DNA of 64,000 bases from positions 84,134,001 to 84,198,000 of the forward strand of contig OX597827.1 in NCBI GenBank assembly GCA_951406725.2, in the 5' to 3' direction. This DNA is from Octopus vulgaris (lineage: Eukaryota). Shown here piece by piece: positions 41,807-55,625 of the stretch. Positions within the stretch are counted from its first letter, which is position 1; the number at the start of each line of letters is the position of its first letter. A model generated the notes under the pieces. That model was not told where the DNA came from and ran no database searches. It was given only the letters and a program-made list of their open reading frames with translations. A program made the translations under genes and the position numbers.

Positions 41807-42044
41807 AAGACTAGTGAATGACCTGTTTTTTTTTCTCCCAGAATAAGTAATATTTTGTCTCATTAAAATATTGGCAGATTTTCGAGAAAGTATTTAGTTA
41901 AAGACGGTAAAAACAAGAAACATTTTAGGGATCAAAATACATATCAGTTTTCATCTGTTTTTATTTCCATATCTCACATTATATATAATAAAGCACAGAC
42001 AGGACATTTTAGCAATCAGTGTCTGTGTTGACAATATTTTTAGT

Positions 42045-42340
42045 CTTGGGGTCGATTTGCTCGACTAAAGGCGGTGCTCCAGCATGGCCGCAGTCAAATG
42101 ACTGAAACAAGTAAAAGAGAGTGAATCTAAGGCGGCGAGCGGGTAGAATGATTAGCCCGCCGGGTAACATGCTTTGCGGCATTTCGCCCGTCTTTATGTC
42201 CAAATTCTGCCGAGGTCGACTTTGCCTTTCATCCTTTCGGGATCAATAAAACAAGTACCAGCTGAGCATTGGAGTCGTTGTAATCGACTTCACCCATTTC
42301 CCATGGAGTTGCTAGCCTTGTGCCAACATTTGAAACCAAT
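42045..42340 (+). mobile_element. SINE tail with CR1-like 3' end, followed by a tRNA-headed SINE
   Basis: GGCGGTGCTCCAGCATGGCCGCAG..GAAACAAGTAAAAGAG, then GGCGGCGAGC..CCGAGGTCGACTTTGCCTTTCATCCTTTCGGG. Confidence 0.8.
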
Positions 42341-42636
42341 TTAGTTTTAGTTAATTTATTCTCAAAATCAGGTGAAAACCTCTTGAGAGACTAAATTGAC
42401 TTTGATTAGAAAAAACTCATTATGTCTCATGGATCCCCAATTCTACTGAAATCAACATACAACCAACGGAAGAGGTGTGTGTGAATGATACTACGATTTG
42501 GTATCGAGTTGATACGGATCGAATGAACTCGGATTCCGTTGAGCTTTTAAATGCGAAAATATTTTTTTTGTTAACAGCTAAATGTTGTTAACTTCGAACG
42601 ACAAAGGAAAAATCTTCACAGAAGACAATTCGAAGT

Positions 42637-42791
42637 TTATATGAGATCAGATATAGCAGTAGTCTCCGTCGTGTCTTTCTTGGCCTTAGCTGATTCGGAG
42701 GTGTCGCCGCCGTCACTATCGTCCACTATTGTCTTGGTGCCTCGGACACTGCTCTGGTCTGCTTTCTTTGCTGTCTCATGGCTAAAATGCG
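42637..42791 (-). CDS. Candidate terminal exon of a second, unidentified gene (..HETAKKADQSSVRGTKTIVDDSDGGDTSESAKAKKDTTETTAISDLI*)
   Basis: Non-repetitive, GC-richer open frame after tttag acceptors (exon start 42791 or 42781), ending at TAA. No recognisable domain. Confidence 0.35.
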
Positions 42792-43165
42792 CTAAATATA
42801 CAACTCATGTTCTTGTAAGAAAAAGAGCGCCAATGATTTAATCCTCTGAGCGAATCCCGTTCGTGTTCGTGTCTTTTCTCTTTTTCTTTTTGCATCGGAT
42901 ATAGTGATCCGGATTCGATTTCCAAGTATTCTTGTTACACATTTAAGCATGCATAAAAACGTTGGTAGAGTAAGAGATCGCGGTAAAAAGATGATAAATA
43001 GGTAGATAGATACATGGGTAAATAGATAAATACAAAGATATGTAGATAGATAGAGAGATAGATAGATAGGTTGATAGATAAATATATGGATAAAAAATAG
43101 ATAGGTTGACAGAGAGATAAGTATGTAGATAGGTAGGTTGATAGAGAGATGTGTATGTGCACACA

Positions 43166-43209
<44 letters not shown>

Positions 43210-43574
43210 CGCACACAAACATTGTATTTCATATTGTGAGGAAAGTAACTTAAAAGTTTGTTTAAAGTCATTGAAACAGGAATACAAATATTTATTCTGA
43301 AGTTTTCTTATGGGAAATTTACAGAAGGGAGATTCGCTCATTTTTCTTTCTATTTTGTAATAAACTTTTTTGATGACATTTTCGAAAATGGTTGCTTAAT
43401 GTCTTTAACGACCGTATTGAAAAATATATGTGTATGTCTGTATACATGCATACATGACATACATACATAAATACATGACATACATACATACATACATACA
43501 TACATACATACATACATACATACATACATACATACATACATACATACAGATTGACAGACACAAATACATACAGT

Positions 43575-43607
<33 letters not shown>

Positions 43608-43679
43608 GGTAAGCTGAGAACCAAACCGGAAGTTATGTTACAAACGTATTTCACTAAATTACAACGATTTGTAAAAGCT

Positions 43680-44830
43680 ACAGAAAACCTAACTGGCTAA
43701 CCATATTGGCCTGCTGTAGCATGGACAAGTTTTGTAGTTAAGAGTGAAAACATCAACTTGGTTACAAGATATTCGCTCATTGCTTGCCAAAACATTATGT
43801 AAATATTTTACGGAAAAATATCTACCAATTCCTCCAAGACTATCTTAAGAATCTGGTGACTGATAACAGGTAGGAGAAGACATTGTGGAGATTTATCGAA
43901 CAACATTTGGTAAATAAAGCTGCTGGGAGTAAGAAAACTCTGCAGAAATCTTGTGACTTTATGATATGATTACAGAAAGGTATTCTATTCGAAGCTCATG
44001 GTTGCTGGTGTAGCTGTATTTGATAAAGTACCTACTGACTGTACTTAATAAAGAATCTCCTGATTTTGTTATTGCCATTGAAAAATCTCACCTCGGCATC
44101 AATGTCCATATTTGTAAGTGAAAGCATAACGACTGCCTCCAAAGTTATAATTATTTGAAAGGGAATATTCCAAGGTGACAGTCTGTCTCTGCTTCTGTTT
44201 ATTTTGGCCAGGAATCTACTGTTATTTAAAAAAAAATGAAAATCCAGTTTTTGTCTTGGGGGTCTACAATAGCAAGAGGTAGTAATGTAACCCATAATTT
44301 CTTTGTGGACGATCGAAAGATCTAAGCCTGAAATGTATACAATGCGGACAAACAGCTACATTTAATTACATTTTCCGCTGATCTTGGGAAATGTTCATAT
44401 TTAACAACTGAATATGGAACAAACTATTCCTCAAACCCAAAATCTTTGCATCAACGACATCTCTGTTTCCCCTTTTCCATATAATGAATAATACAAATAT
44501 TTAGGCATTTCTAAAACTATATCATACAAAGGTACTGTGAACAAGTAGTGACCAAAAAATAATCCCAGACGAAAAAAGATATGACCGTCAGAGCTTTCCT
44601 CTTGTAACAAGACAATATCCCAAAATGCATTTTCAGTATCCGTATTGATACCAAGATTCGGGATTTTTGACTGGTCTATAGAGGAAATCTGCTCCATAAA
44701 GTATTAAAATCTGCAAGACCCTGAAAATTCCACTGAAACAATGATAGTAATTAGACGCTATTTCCGAGGAGACATGAAGGGGCTAAAGATCAGTACAGTC
44801 TTTGAGTGTGGTTTGTTATCAATCGTATAA
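43680..44830 (+). mobile_element. Degenerate R4/Dong-like non-LTR RT
   Basis: GIFQGDSLSLLLF near 44162, HNFFVDD near 44294 and YKYLG near 44490, with many stops and frameshifts. Confidence 0.7.
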
Positions 44831-45332
44831 GTTTCCGTAAGGAAGGAATTGCGTAACTAGAGTTTCATTAAGACGTGGTATACCTGGGACATTCCCATCA
44901 AAACTTTCACCCAAAACTAACAGATTTGTTATAATTGAGAGAGAAAATATAAATTATCTACAGTTTTATTGGTCAGCTATCCACCATTATACCAGTAATT
45001 ATTGGTGTATTTAGTGACGTTAGCTAATGTCTAAGTGGTCGAAACTCGAAAAACAGGGGTTTCCCGACAAAGGAAGCTAACCCACACTTTACAGATAGAC
45101 TTTGTTGACAAAACAGTAAAGCTGTACAAGACTCAATGGCAGCAGCTCTAATTCAGTAGTCCATGTTCATTGTTACCATCCATGACCACTTCGTTATATT
45201 TTTAGATAGTATATCTTACTATGGTGGATACACTGTCCTTCTTTTTAAGACAACACGATGTAGTTTAATGAAAAGCTGGCTGCCATTGCTAACAATTTGA
45301 GTGACCAACTATAGGCAGCTGCCTAGTTATCA

Positions 45333-45364
<32 letters not shown>

Positions 45365-45949
45365 GCGCGCGCGTATGAACGTGAATGTGTGTGTATGCTT
45401 ATCTGCCTATTTTTCCTGTAAATCAGATGGTGCGTGCGTGCGTGTGTGTATGTGTGTGTGTGTGTATACTGTAAGACAGAAATACGCCGTAGGTGTGTTT
45501 AAGGATCTGTGCTGTGATCTGAGGCATCGAATTCACTTGCCCTGCATACCTGGAAGGGGTAGAGCAACGAACAATAGATAAACAACAACTCTATGTATGT
45601 ATGTATGTATGTGTGTGCATGCGTGCGTGTGTGTGTGTGTGTGTGTATGTGTGTGTATCTATATGTATGTTGAAAGGGAGTATGAGATGAAGACATTATT
45701 TTTGGACGTCATTAAATCATTAAGTTGGAAATAAAAGAATAAAAACAGAAAGAAAACAAAATATCAGTTTACGTTTTTATCTTAAATTTCGATATTTCGG
45801 GTTTCTCTTATCAAGATGGAGGACAGTGACCAAACGGCGTATCTTACCAAAATATGGGTAAAGAGAGACGGACTGCGGGGCGTACAGATTGCTATTGTTA
45901 CGACACGCCATCAAATGCACACAGTTCATGTCTGTTGTTAATGGGTGCC

Positions 45950-46600
45950 TTCAGTGAGTAAATGAGCCTAACCTCTTCAATCCTTATGTAATTAATGTTC
46001 TGAGAAGCTCTTTGTTGTATCTCATCCATGGTGCACTTGGACATCTAATGGTCAGTAGAGGTTGTCGAAGTTATATGAATTCGCATTTAAAAGGTTTTCA
46101 ATCGCTTTCAACCTTTGCCGCCTCGTTTTAGCTGTAGATAATCTATATTGATTTGATCTGCTGTAGAGTACTTCCGCGATTTAACATCAATGAACAAAAT
46201 CTCATCCAGCGTTCAATAGAACATCTATGTCGATTTTTAAAGTTTTTTTTAGAATTCTTCCTGGAAACTCGAGAAACAAAAGTTCCATCATTGGAATTTG
46301 GGTGAGAACAGCTATTATTGTTACATTCCAATTTTTTAGAAGAGTCTTGCATATTTTCACTGTTCCATTCTCAGATTGTATTGTAAAGCTGATCTCTTTA
46401 TTCGCCTGAAAGCTTCGGCTTTTCCAGATTGTCACTTAAACATTTCCTTGGTGAACATAACCAAGTGAGCCACTAATTACAGGTATAATTTGAATTCATA
46501 ATCAGGGTAGAGGAGCTGCAGGCTTCGAAGTAGTTGTCCATAAATATTCTCCTTTCCGTTCAAAAATGTCCACAACTACAGGGCGACTAATCTTCATCAT
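45950..46600 (-). mobile_element. Degenerate R4/Dong-like non-LTR fragment
   Basis: Minus-strand remnant resembling the 'RLYL.R..GGRGL..IE' motif (RGGKG..AIE near 46125). Confidence 0.45.
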
Positions 46601-47389
46601 CGCGTGACTTATTTTCAGTCCCAAATCGCTATATCATGCTTACTGTTGCATGTGGTACAAGCTCTGATGGGAATGTCCCACAAATATTCTTTGTTTTGAT
46701 ATGTGTGTGTGAATATATGTGTGTACATTGTGTGTATGCAGTCTATAAATATGTATTGAAGTGCGTCTATGCGTCTGTGTGTGTATGTGTATATGTATGT
46801 GTGCATCTACGCGTATGAAAGACTATATCTATGTGTTTATTTGTATGCATTCGTGTATGTGCCTATGTATGCATCGTTTAGCTAGACACTGTGTGCCTAA
46901 GAACACATCATGTAAAGTGCAGACACAGGATGGTCATAGTTGGAACACCTTGGATTCTAAGAGCAAAGCCATGATGAAAGCTATTCTTCTGCCATGGCGA
47001 AAGCTATTCTAGTTATGACCATCAAATCATTTTTAGTAGGAGACACATTATCTAATGTCTCCAACAGAGCAGGATGGAATTTCTATCTCTTGTACAAATT
47101 CGTCTGGTGATATCCTTTACTAACAACTAAGGGCTGCCTCACTCTTAGAGAATCTGACAGGCACCAAACACCAACCATATTGTTCGATGAAGTTTTCATG
47201 AATTAGCTCTGGTTTCATCCATTTCCTTAACTGGTCCTTCTCGGTTTATTGGGACTTTTCGCAACAGGTTAGTTTTATAGGGTTGCCGGATTAATCGTCG
47301 ATTACCGGATCAAGCAACAAGCTGTACTCTATTACATGAACACGGTCAAACACACACACACACACACACAAACGTATGTATGTATTCTG

Positions 47390-47865
47390 CCAGCTCGCCG
47401 CAGGCAGAATCGTTAGCACGCCGGGCGAAATGCGTAGCCGTATTTCGTCCGTCCTTACGTTCTGAGTTCAAATTCCGCCGAGGTCGACTTTACCTTTCAT
47501 CCTTTCGGGGTCGATTAAATAAGTTCAAGTTACGCACTGGGGTTGATATAATCGAATTAATCCGTTTGTCTGTCCGTGTTTGTCCTCTCTGTGTGTAGCC
47601 CCTTGTGGGTAGTAAAGAAATAGGTATTTCGTCCGTCCTTACATTCTGAGTTCAAATTCCGCCGAGGCCGACTTTGCTTTTCGTCTTTTCGGGGTCGATT
47701 AAATAAGTACAAGTCGCGCATTGGGGGGGGGGGGGGTCGATGTAACTGGTTTAACTACTCCTGTGTGTGAGCATAAAACCTGCATCCCACCGCCAAGCCG
47801 ATTTGTTCGACTAAAGGCGGTGCTCCAGCATGACCAAAGTCAAATGACTGAAATAAATAAAAGAA
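47390..47865 (+). mobile_element. SINE cluster with a duplicated core and a CR1-like tail
   Basis: Two copies of GTTCAAATTCCGCCGAGG.CGACTTT.C.TTTC...TTTCGGGGTCGATTAAATAAGT, then GGCGGTGCTCCAGCATG..GAAA. Confidence 0.8.
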
Positions 47866-47875
47866 TATATATATA

Positions 47876-48065
47876 CCAGCAGTATAACCCGGCCTTGCCC
47901 GGGATTAAGTTACGATTATTAAACTAATCAAGTTCTTTATTTCAAACCAAACTAAGTAATATAGACGTCAAATTTGGGCGAAATCCGTTGAATTTAGTTA
48001 TATTATATATATATTATATATATTATATATATATTATATATATATTATATATATTATATATATAT

Positions 48066-48140
<75 letters not shown>

Positions 48141-49121
48141 CTATATATATAAAACTGTAGTTGTGTGAGTGTCTGTCTCCTACGATTTAGATTCCTAACT
48201 ACTCCCACATTTTGCGGTGCTGTTTCACCAAATTCGGGTATCTTATAGTCGTGATTCATATCGAGCCCGTCTGGCTATTAGCGCGCGTCTACGATGAGTC
48301 TACGATTTTAAAAAATAATTTAACATCATTTTTTATTCCATGTTAATGCATAATTTTTCCTGTGTCAATGGCGGCAGAGTTGGCGTCCATGGTCACACCT
48401 GCACCTGTTTGCTTCTCCCCCTTCTTCCCTCCCTCGTGAAACTGTGGGGAAGGGAATGTAAGGAAATCAACGTCGTAAAGCGTTGTCAAGGAGACCAGCG
48501 TTCTTTTAGAACAACGACTTCATGGCTTGAAGACACCAAAACAGAAATGGCTATAAGGGAAGTAACTCTCTAAAAATGCTTATATAGTTATTTCCCTTAC
48601 AAACCCGAGCAACGCCGGGCGATACTGCTAGTATATTATATATATATTATATATATATTATATATATATATTATATTATATATATATTATATATATATTA
48701 TATATATATATATATATATAATATAAATATATATGGACAACAGACGCGAACACACATACACACACGTACGTACGTACACCTATTGCATGTTTTGTGCACA
48801 CATAGATGTTCAAAAACAGAAATGAATGGGGAAAACGTTGTTAAATTTGTAGATTAACACTCGCACAATTTTCACTATGAAAAAAATCGTTTTTTTTTTT
48901 GCATGGAATCAACTACTCTGGCCTCAAAACCCTTTTTGTGGTCCGTGAAACGGAGTGGGGTGTGGTGGAAGCCTCGCAAATTGTACTCATTTATATTGTG
49001 TAACTCACTGACAAATTGTTACTCACCTCTTTGTTTCTTTGTTGTTCAATAAATGGATTGTCAACAAAACACTTTTTTACTCGGCGTAAAATAAAAACAA
49101 AACTCTTTCGTACCCAAAGTA

Positions 49122-49191
<70 letters not shown>

Positions 49192-49662
49192 GGGAGAAAG
49201 ATGAACGATTTAAAATAAATATATTGTAATTGTTGTGTGAGAAAGTATATATACTATGATTATAAAATATAATGTGCCTTTCAGAGACAAAAAAACAAAA
49301 CATTTTACATAGTATTTTTATGAACGTAGTCACTTACTCTCTCTCTCCCCCCTCTCACTTTGTCTTTCCCGTGAAACTCTCTGCCTCCTTCTTCCACTTT
49401 TCTTTATCTTATTTTTTTTTTTGCTAGACACTATCAAAAAGCAATGGCTGATATTTTTTATGGTTAAAAGCTATGGTTGGAAATAGATTTTTACCCCATC
49501 CGCAGGTGCCTCGGGGAAAAGATAAGTTGACAAAACCCAGATAAGATGTTGACAAATGTCCTCCTAAAATTTGAGCGACATGCGTGCTAATTTGTGGATG
49601 TGCATAAATTACAATCACGTGCACACACACACGCACACACATCCTCCTTTTTATAGATATGA
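47876..49662 (-). mobile_element. Non-autonomous Helitron (outer element)
   Basis: Minus-strand 5' end A|TCATATCTATAAAAAGG at 49662. 3' hairpin CCCGGGCAAGGCCGGG followed by CTGG|T at 47876. Confidence 0.6.
48140..48631 (+). mobile_element. Non-autonomous Helitron nested in a TA tract
   Basis: A|TCTATATATATAAAA 5' end. 3' hairpin CCCGAGCAACGCCGGG followed by CTAG|T. Confidence 0.82.
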
Positions 49663-50960
49663 TATATATATAAGCTTGTGAGAAAGATTTCCATGTTAAC
49701 ACTGCAAAGTCAGTCGACATCTGCGTGTGATTACCCATGATGCCAGTCTAGACCAGCCTTCTGAACTGTACGATGGCGTTTTGTAATCTTAGTTACCACT
49801 ATAAGTTAACCGTGACACTTAATTATCAACCCTGTAGCAGCAGCAGCAGCAGTAATTAGTGGCCGAAATATGCAGAAGACAAATCCAAATTTCCCATCAG
49901 TTTTACTTCTCACTTTTCTAAACTAATTTACATCCAGCTTGTTATAAATAGTGTGCCGTCTGCTCAGAGTTTTGCTATGGATGCACCTCAACATAAATCT
50001 AATAACATTAGTTACCACACCAGATGTCGATGCTATCACTTTGAACTCAGCTAGACACATAAAAACGAATAGCTATCACAAATTTCACGTTTGTCTCTAA
50101 CAAAAAAAAAATGTTTTTTTTTGTTTTTCATTAAAACCCTTGTCGTTGCTGTTGATTTTTTACAACCATTTTGGTTTTTCTCTTTTTTTTCTTTCTTATT
50201 TTACACACCATTACAACAGTTTATTCCTCAAGAGTCTTGGCGGCTTTCTAATATCATTTTATCCTTTAATGTTCTGATTTACCGTTCGTTTTATGTTCTT
50301 ACGATTCGTTAATGAATAATTTGTAAGCTTGTTTGCTTTCAAGAGTCAAAAGTTCGAATGGTGGAATTTCTTTTATAGAATTGATTTCATCCATTTTTTA
50401 TTGATGTTTCCCATTGATTCCAGACGTTCCGTTGCGATAAAATGAATTTGATTGAACCAACTCGTAACATTCTATTACATCTCTGCTTCTGCCTGTTCCT
50501 CTAGCTTGTACTTTAACAAACCACTTATATAGATGATTGAGCATTTAGCTGGAAACACTAACATTCGAACACTCGTCTCGCCTTCTTCGACAAACAACAG
50601 CTGTTCATCTAAATAAGGATGTTTCAATATTGTTTGTGTGTGTGTGTTTACAACGCAACGATTCGAGCGAGAGACTACAATAACCAGAGTTCCAGTGGCT
50701 AGCAGGAAATCTACCGATACAAACTCCACTTGCCAGAAAATACCATTTGTTCAATTAATGTCGGTGGAATACATCGTAGATGCTCGCTTCCGGATAATTT
50801 GCATAAGCTTCCGGATAAATGTGATATACATCCGGACTTTCTAAAAGATACTGAAGTTGAGTGTGATTTATTGTCAGAATGAAATAACAGGAGTGATGGC
50901 TTGATTGACCATCGAAGTTTGTCTTCATTAAATACTGGTCGATGAATGGGTGGCACTTAC

Positions 50961-51020
50961 TTGCGATGAGACAAATCTTTTTACTCTACTGACTGATCTG
51001 ATTATATTTAAAGAAAGACT
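50961..51020 (-). CDS. Candidate exon of the second gene (SLSLNIIRSVSRVKRFVSSQ)
   Basis: Strong ccctccag acceptor and gtaagtg donor, 60 nt, only one open frame (phase 0-0). Confidence 0.4.
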
Positions 51021-51435
51021 CTGGAGGGAATGAGCCATCAATATGGCACAAACAAAACCAGTGGCACAAAAGTTATTTAGACGACAGTATTACTAATAAA
51101 TACTGTGATTTAGTAAATGTGAGACTGTGATGAAGTTTTAGGTTTAAATATCTTCGTTACGTGACAATTTCATGACAATACTACATTTAATCAAAATGGA
51201 AGACACTATCAGGTCACCGTAATTAACATATTTTAATATATTCTAGTTGTTACGTAGACACACGTGACATCACTAATTGTGTGTGGCGATACTGGAGTAC
51301 GACCTTCAGAGGTTTTAATCAGTCATATAAACTCCGATACATATTTCTTCCTGGTATTTATTTCATCGATCTCTCTACTGAAACACCAGGTCACGCTATT
51401 TGACACAACACCGGTTTCACACCGGTAGCAGAAAA

Positions 51436-51700
51436 AAAAAAACTGGCACTCCGTCGGTTACGACGACGAGCGTTCCAGTTGATCCGATCAACGGAACAGC
51501 CTGCTCATGAAATTAAGGTGCATGTGGCTCAGCACTCTGCAGACACGCGTACCCTTAATGTAGTCGTCAGGGAATTTCAGCGTGACACAGAGTGTGACAA
51601 GGTTGGCCCTTTATATTACAAGTACAACTCATTTTTGTCAGCTGAATTTATTGGGGCCTAACACAACGCTAAGAATCGAACTGGCGATCAGAAATACACA
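51436..51700 (-). mobile_element. Probable SINE-like interspersed repeat
   Basis: GC-rich ~250-bp island in AT-rich context; family not identified. Confidence 0.4.
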
Positions 51701-51810
51701 CACGGAGACAGTTACAAATATGCAGACATATATCACGTTGTTCCTCTTCGTAACTATACACAAACACACCACCACACATCGCTAGGAATACCACCACAAA
51801 CACACACGCG

Positions 51811-51844
<34 letters not shown>

Positions 51845-52518
51845 TTCACAAACATACGTATGCACATCTCAGTGGCTCCTGCATAGCCTCAGCAGGATTC
51901 CATTGGCAATATGATCGCAGGGTTGCAGTATGTAAACAGTTCCCCACTGTACAACGTTATCGGATTACATCTTGAACCACGTAATTTCGAATCTTAACCA
52001 TTAGGTTTATTTATATTTTAGTTAATTATTTTATTATACATTTAATAATCAATGACGTCATTAGTTCCAGTCCAATAGGCCAAAGTTTTTGAGAGTGTCA
52101 AGGGAGTGTATCTACAACTGGGCGGAACAAATTCCACACAGGATATTCATTTATTAAACGCGTCGGTTTTTCGGTTCTTTTGCGATGTTTTACATCTTTT
52201 TACCGATTGGTGAAGCACGCACACATACATACACCCATACACACAAGCACACGCACACGCAAATACATATGCATACACACGAACACACACACACACGTAC
52301 ATACACATGCATCACACACGCATAATTTTTATATAAATATATATATGTTTATGCACACACACACACACACACACATACACACACACATCAAAGAGTGCAA
52401 AGAATATAAAAGGTAAATCGAGACTACAGGTGTAACCAAACTAAACTTAATATGTCTTACGTAACACAGAAAAACACTAACTTCTTGTACCAAGATCGTT
52501 TCGGATCGTATTATTCTA

Positions 52519-52562
<44 letters not shown>

Positions 52563-52611
52563 TGTTTGGATATAAGTCGCTAGGATAGGTAAATGAATAC
52601 GGCAAACTTAC

Positions 52612-52661
52612 GAGGACGTGCTTAATAGACACATTTTTAGTCTCTATGTTAAAAGTAGAGA
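52612..52661 (-). CDS. Candidate exon of the second gene (STFNIETKNVSIKHVL)
   Basis: ctttccactacag acceptor and gtaagt donor. It ends in phase 0, compatible with 50961-51020. Confidence 0.33.
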
Positions 52662-53957
52662 CTGTAGTGGAAAGACAAGTTTGTCTTTTGTCGTTACGAT
52701 TCTGTTTGTGATGTGGCAAAAACGGAGAACAATTTCTGATGAGGCTTTAATAAACGATGGAACTAGTGAGATTAATTTTCTTTTTCCTGGTCATAGACAG
52801 AAAGCAAACCAAAAACATTGTGGTTTAAAGAACATTATTTACTTTCATAACAAGTCTTCAAGTAATTTACTGCGGTCTTATTATCTGCAGGATTAAGGAA
52901 AAACAAACTACCAAGATAATAAATGTAAACATATAGTTTTCTATTGATTATTTATCGATTGGGGAAAATCTAGTCTAAGGGCAACATATCGGTGTTTTGA
53001 ACAAGTCGAAATAAAACGAGACTTTGTAAGAAGAACAAGATGAGAATTAATGTCATATAGACGAGAAATAATATATTTAATCTAATCTAATCTAATCTAG
53101 CTTGAAGCACTAATGTCGTAAGATAGTTGCTACCAAAACATTTCATTGTTGTTGAAATCTAACGTGTGTGCGTGTGTACCAAAAAATAAGACACACATAT
53201 ACATAGCTAAAGTATATTAAAGTTTAGAATGGAGTCAGAGAAGACTAATGTTAAAAAAAAGATTAACGACTGTTGTGTCGAGTCAATTAAAAGCAAATTC
53301 GAAGAACCGTGTTCAAATCCAGTTATTACGGGTGGACAGATTGTTGGAGGGTAAGAAAAAAATTGTTTTTGTTTTTGAATAGAATGTTCAGGATAAATAG
53401 CGTTTCATCAGTATTTATATATATTAAAATATGGTCCTGTGTGACTCAGTGCTCCACCTAGCGGACGAGTTGTGACACTCTGAGGTGGAGGGTATAATTA
53501 CCGGATTTTATGTTTGGAAAACTGCTTATTTATTCTAAAGGTTTGTATATTTTAATGAATATGTTAATTCTAATTAAATTAATTAGCTGTAAATTAATCA
53601 GTCTCTATAGTATTACTGAGAGTCTGATATCTAAAAAAAAAAATATATATATATATATACTTTAATTTTCATAAACTCATTGTAACATCCTGAGCCAAAA
53701 GTTTCCAGATGAAATGTGCGAGTGGGACATCAGTTAAAACAACCAGGTTATACCCACAAATAGAAAGCTACGGACAGATTTCCTGACTTTTTGTTCCATC
53801 CTCTACAGATTCGGGTTAATCCTATAAAGTGTTATTATTTTTTGATTTAAGACAAAGACATTTCTGAGATAATAATCTAATAGATGTATAAACTTCCCTG
53901 CTGATCATTGATCACTTGAAAATTTCTATTTGAAGGGAGATAATTCATTTGCCGATC

Positions 53958-53989
<32 letters not shown>

Positions 53990-55484
53990 TGTTGATTGTT
54001 ACTTATTTGGAAGATATCAACGGTTTGAAGTATTTTAATGTTTTGAAACTTATGTCAACAGGATGAAGCTAATTCCGAGTTTCCATTACGTGACGGAAAC
54101 TCGGATTTGGTTGTAGGAGAATAGAATTTCATAAGATTCAGGGGTTCATAGATGATAAGAGTTTCCATTGGAAATATAAGCTTTTGTAAATCCTAACAAG
54201 TGTTGGGTGACATTAAATGCAAAGGTGGTGGGTCGAAAGTGACCTGCCTGCTTTCCTGCTCTAGTTTCTAAGCATATGGGAATGTTGACAGAATCCTTTT
54301 TAAAATGAACTGACGTCAGTCCTAATTAGAGAAGTTCTTGATACCGAATTAGTGTTGACCGTGGCGCAATAAACTAAATATTTGTCTTTTTTTTTTCCCC
54401 AATTTCTTTCAAAGGGAGACATTTCGATGTTTGTGCTGTTACAATTACGTGGACTCAGGTTATAAGGATTGGCTTGTAATTGCAATAGATTCCACTATTT
54501 TTATGCAAAATTATAAACAGGAGAATTTTAAAATATTGACTGAAAAACTCAGGGTATGTATCTCAATTAGTAAACTATTTTAGGAGGGTTTTAGTTGAAG
54601 TTTAGCCATAGTGTTGGTAGGTGTGAGTGAAACGGCAGATTATACCGGAGGCGAGACTGTTAACAATTGTTCAACTGGTTTTACTCTTATATTAAACATT
54701 TTCTTTATCCTCGCTTCTATTAAGTGTTTTAATTACATTTCTCTTGGAGGGAAAATAATTTTAACAAACCAAGAATTAATCTTGTATTTAATATACTTTT
54801 ACTCGTCTTACACCAACGCAAAACCTAAAAACTCCTGCAGAGTTCCTGTTTACCAAATTCTTCTCGCAAGATTTCAGCCATGATGAGGTTATGATAGAAG
54901 GCACTTGTCCGAGGTGACGCGCTGTGGGATGGAAACCAGGACCACGTTGTTGCGAACCATAGTCGTTAAAGTTTTAGCTACATAGACATAACAGTTTAAA
55001 ACATTACAAGTGAGAGGTGTAAATCGGCCAATTAATTGTGTACTTGTGGAGGAATTTCAACTGTGTTTCGTGGTCTGCTATCACAACAGCTCCTTTATAG
55101 GATCCAGTTAGCTCAAGACATCATCAGGAGGAACCACATCTGGTTTCGGCCCCTACTCCTTTACCGTTTTGACATGCCCCCTCCCCCTTCGGAGGTGTCT
55201 TCAATACATGCTGAACTTACACAGATCTACGTCCTTAAAATATTGTAGACGCCTCTAAGTGGTTGTCCCGTTTGTTAGAAATAGCAGCTAGGTTTCTCTC
55301 AAATTGCACACATCATCGTAACTAATACAATAGTATTATATAATCTAAAGCCTGTAAAAAGACAGGATGGTCACGGTTAGAATATCTTTCTTCAATCAAG
55401 AATGACCAAAGGTTAAAAAAACAACAAAAATAACAACAACAACAACCAGAAAGAGCAGGGATTGGTTAAAAGTAGATAACCATA

Positions 55485-55625
55485 GGGGGCGCCACCTTAA
55501 CTGTCAACCTCACCACCTGGGAGAGTCGTCACTTAAACTGTCCAACCTTACCACAAGAGGGAGCTACCATCTAAATTATGCCCCCACCCTCATCACTAGG
55601 GGGAGCTACCATCTAAATTGACAAG
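55485..55625 (+). repeat. Degenerate ~40-45 bp minisatellite
   Basis: Three to four units of GGGAGCTACCATCTAAATT / ACTGTCAACCTCACCAC. Confidence 0.55.

Noticed and set aside
52871-52884. 14-nt micro-exon (ctgcag...gtaaat) for the second gene
   Set aside because: The frame needed to join exon 52612-52661 contains stop codons.
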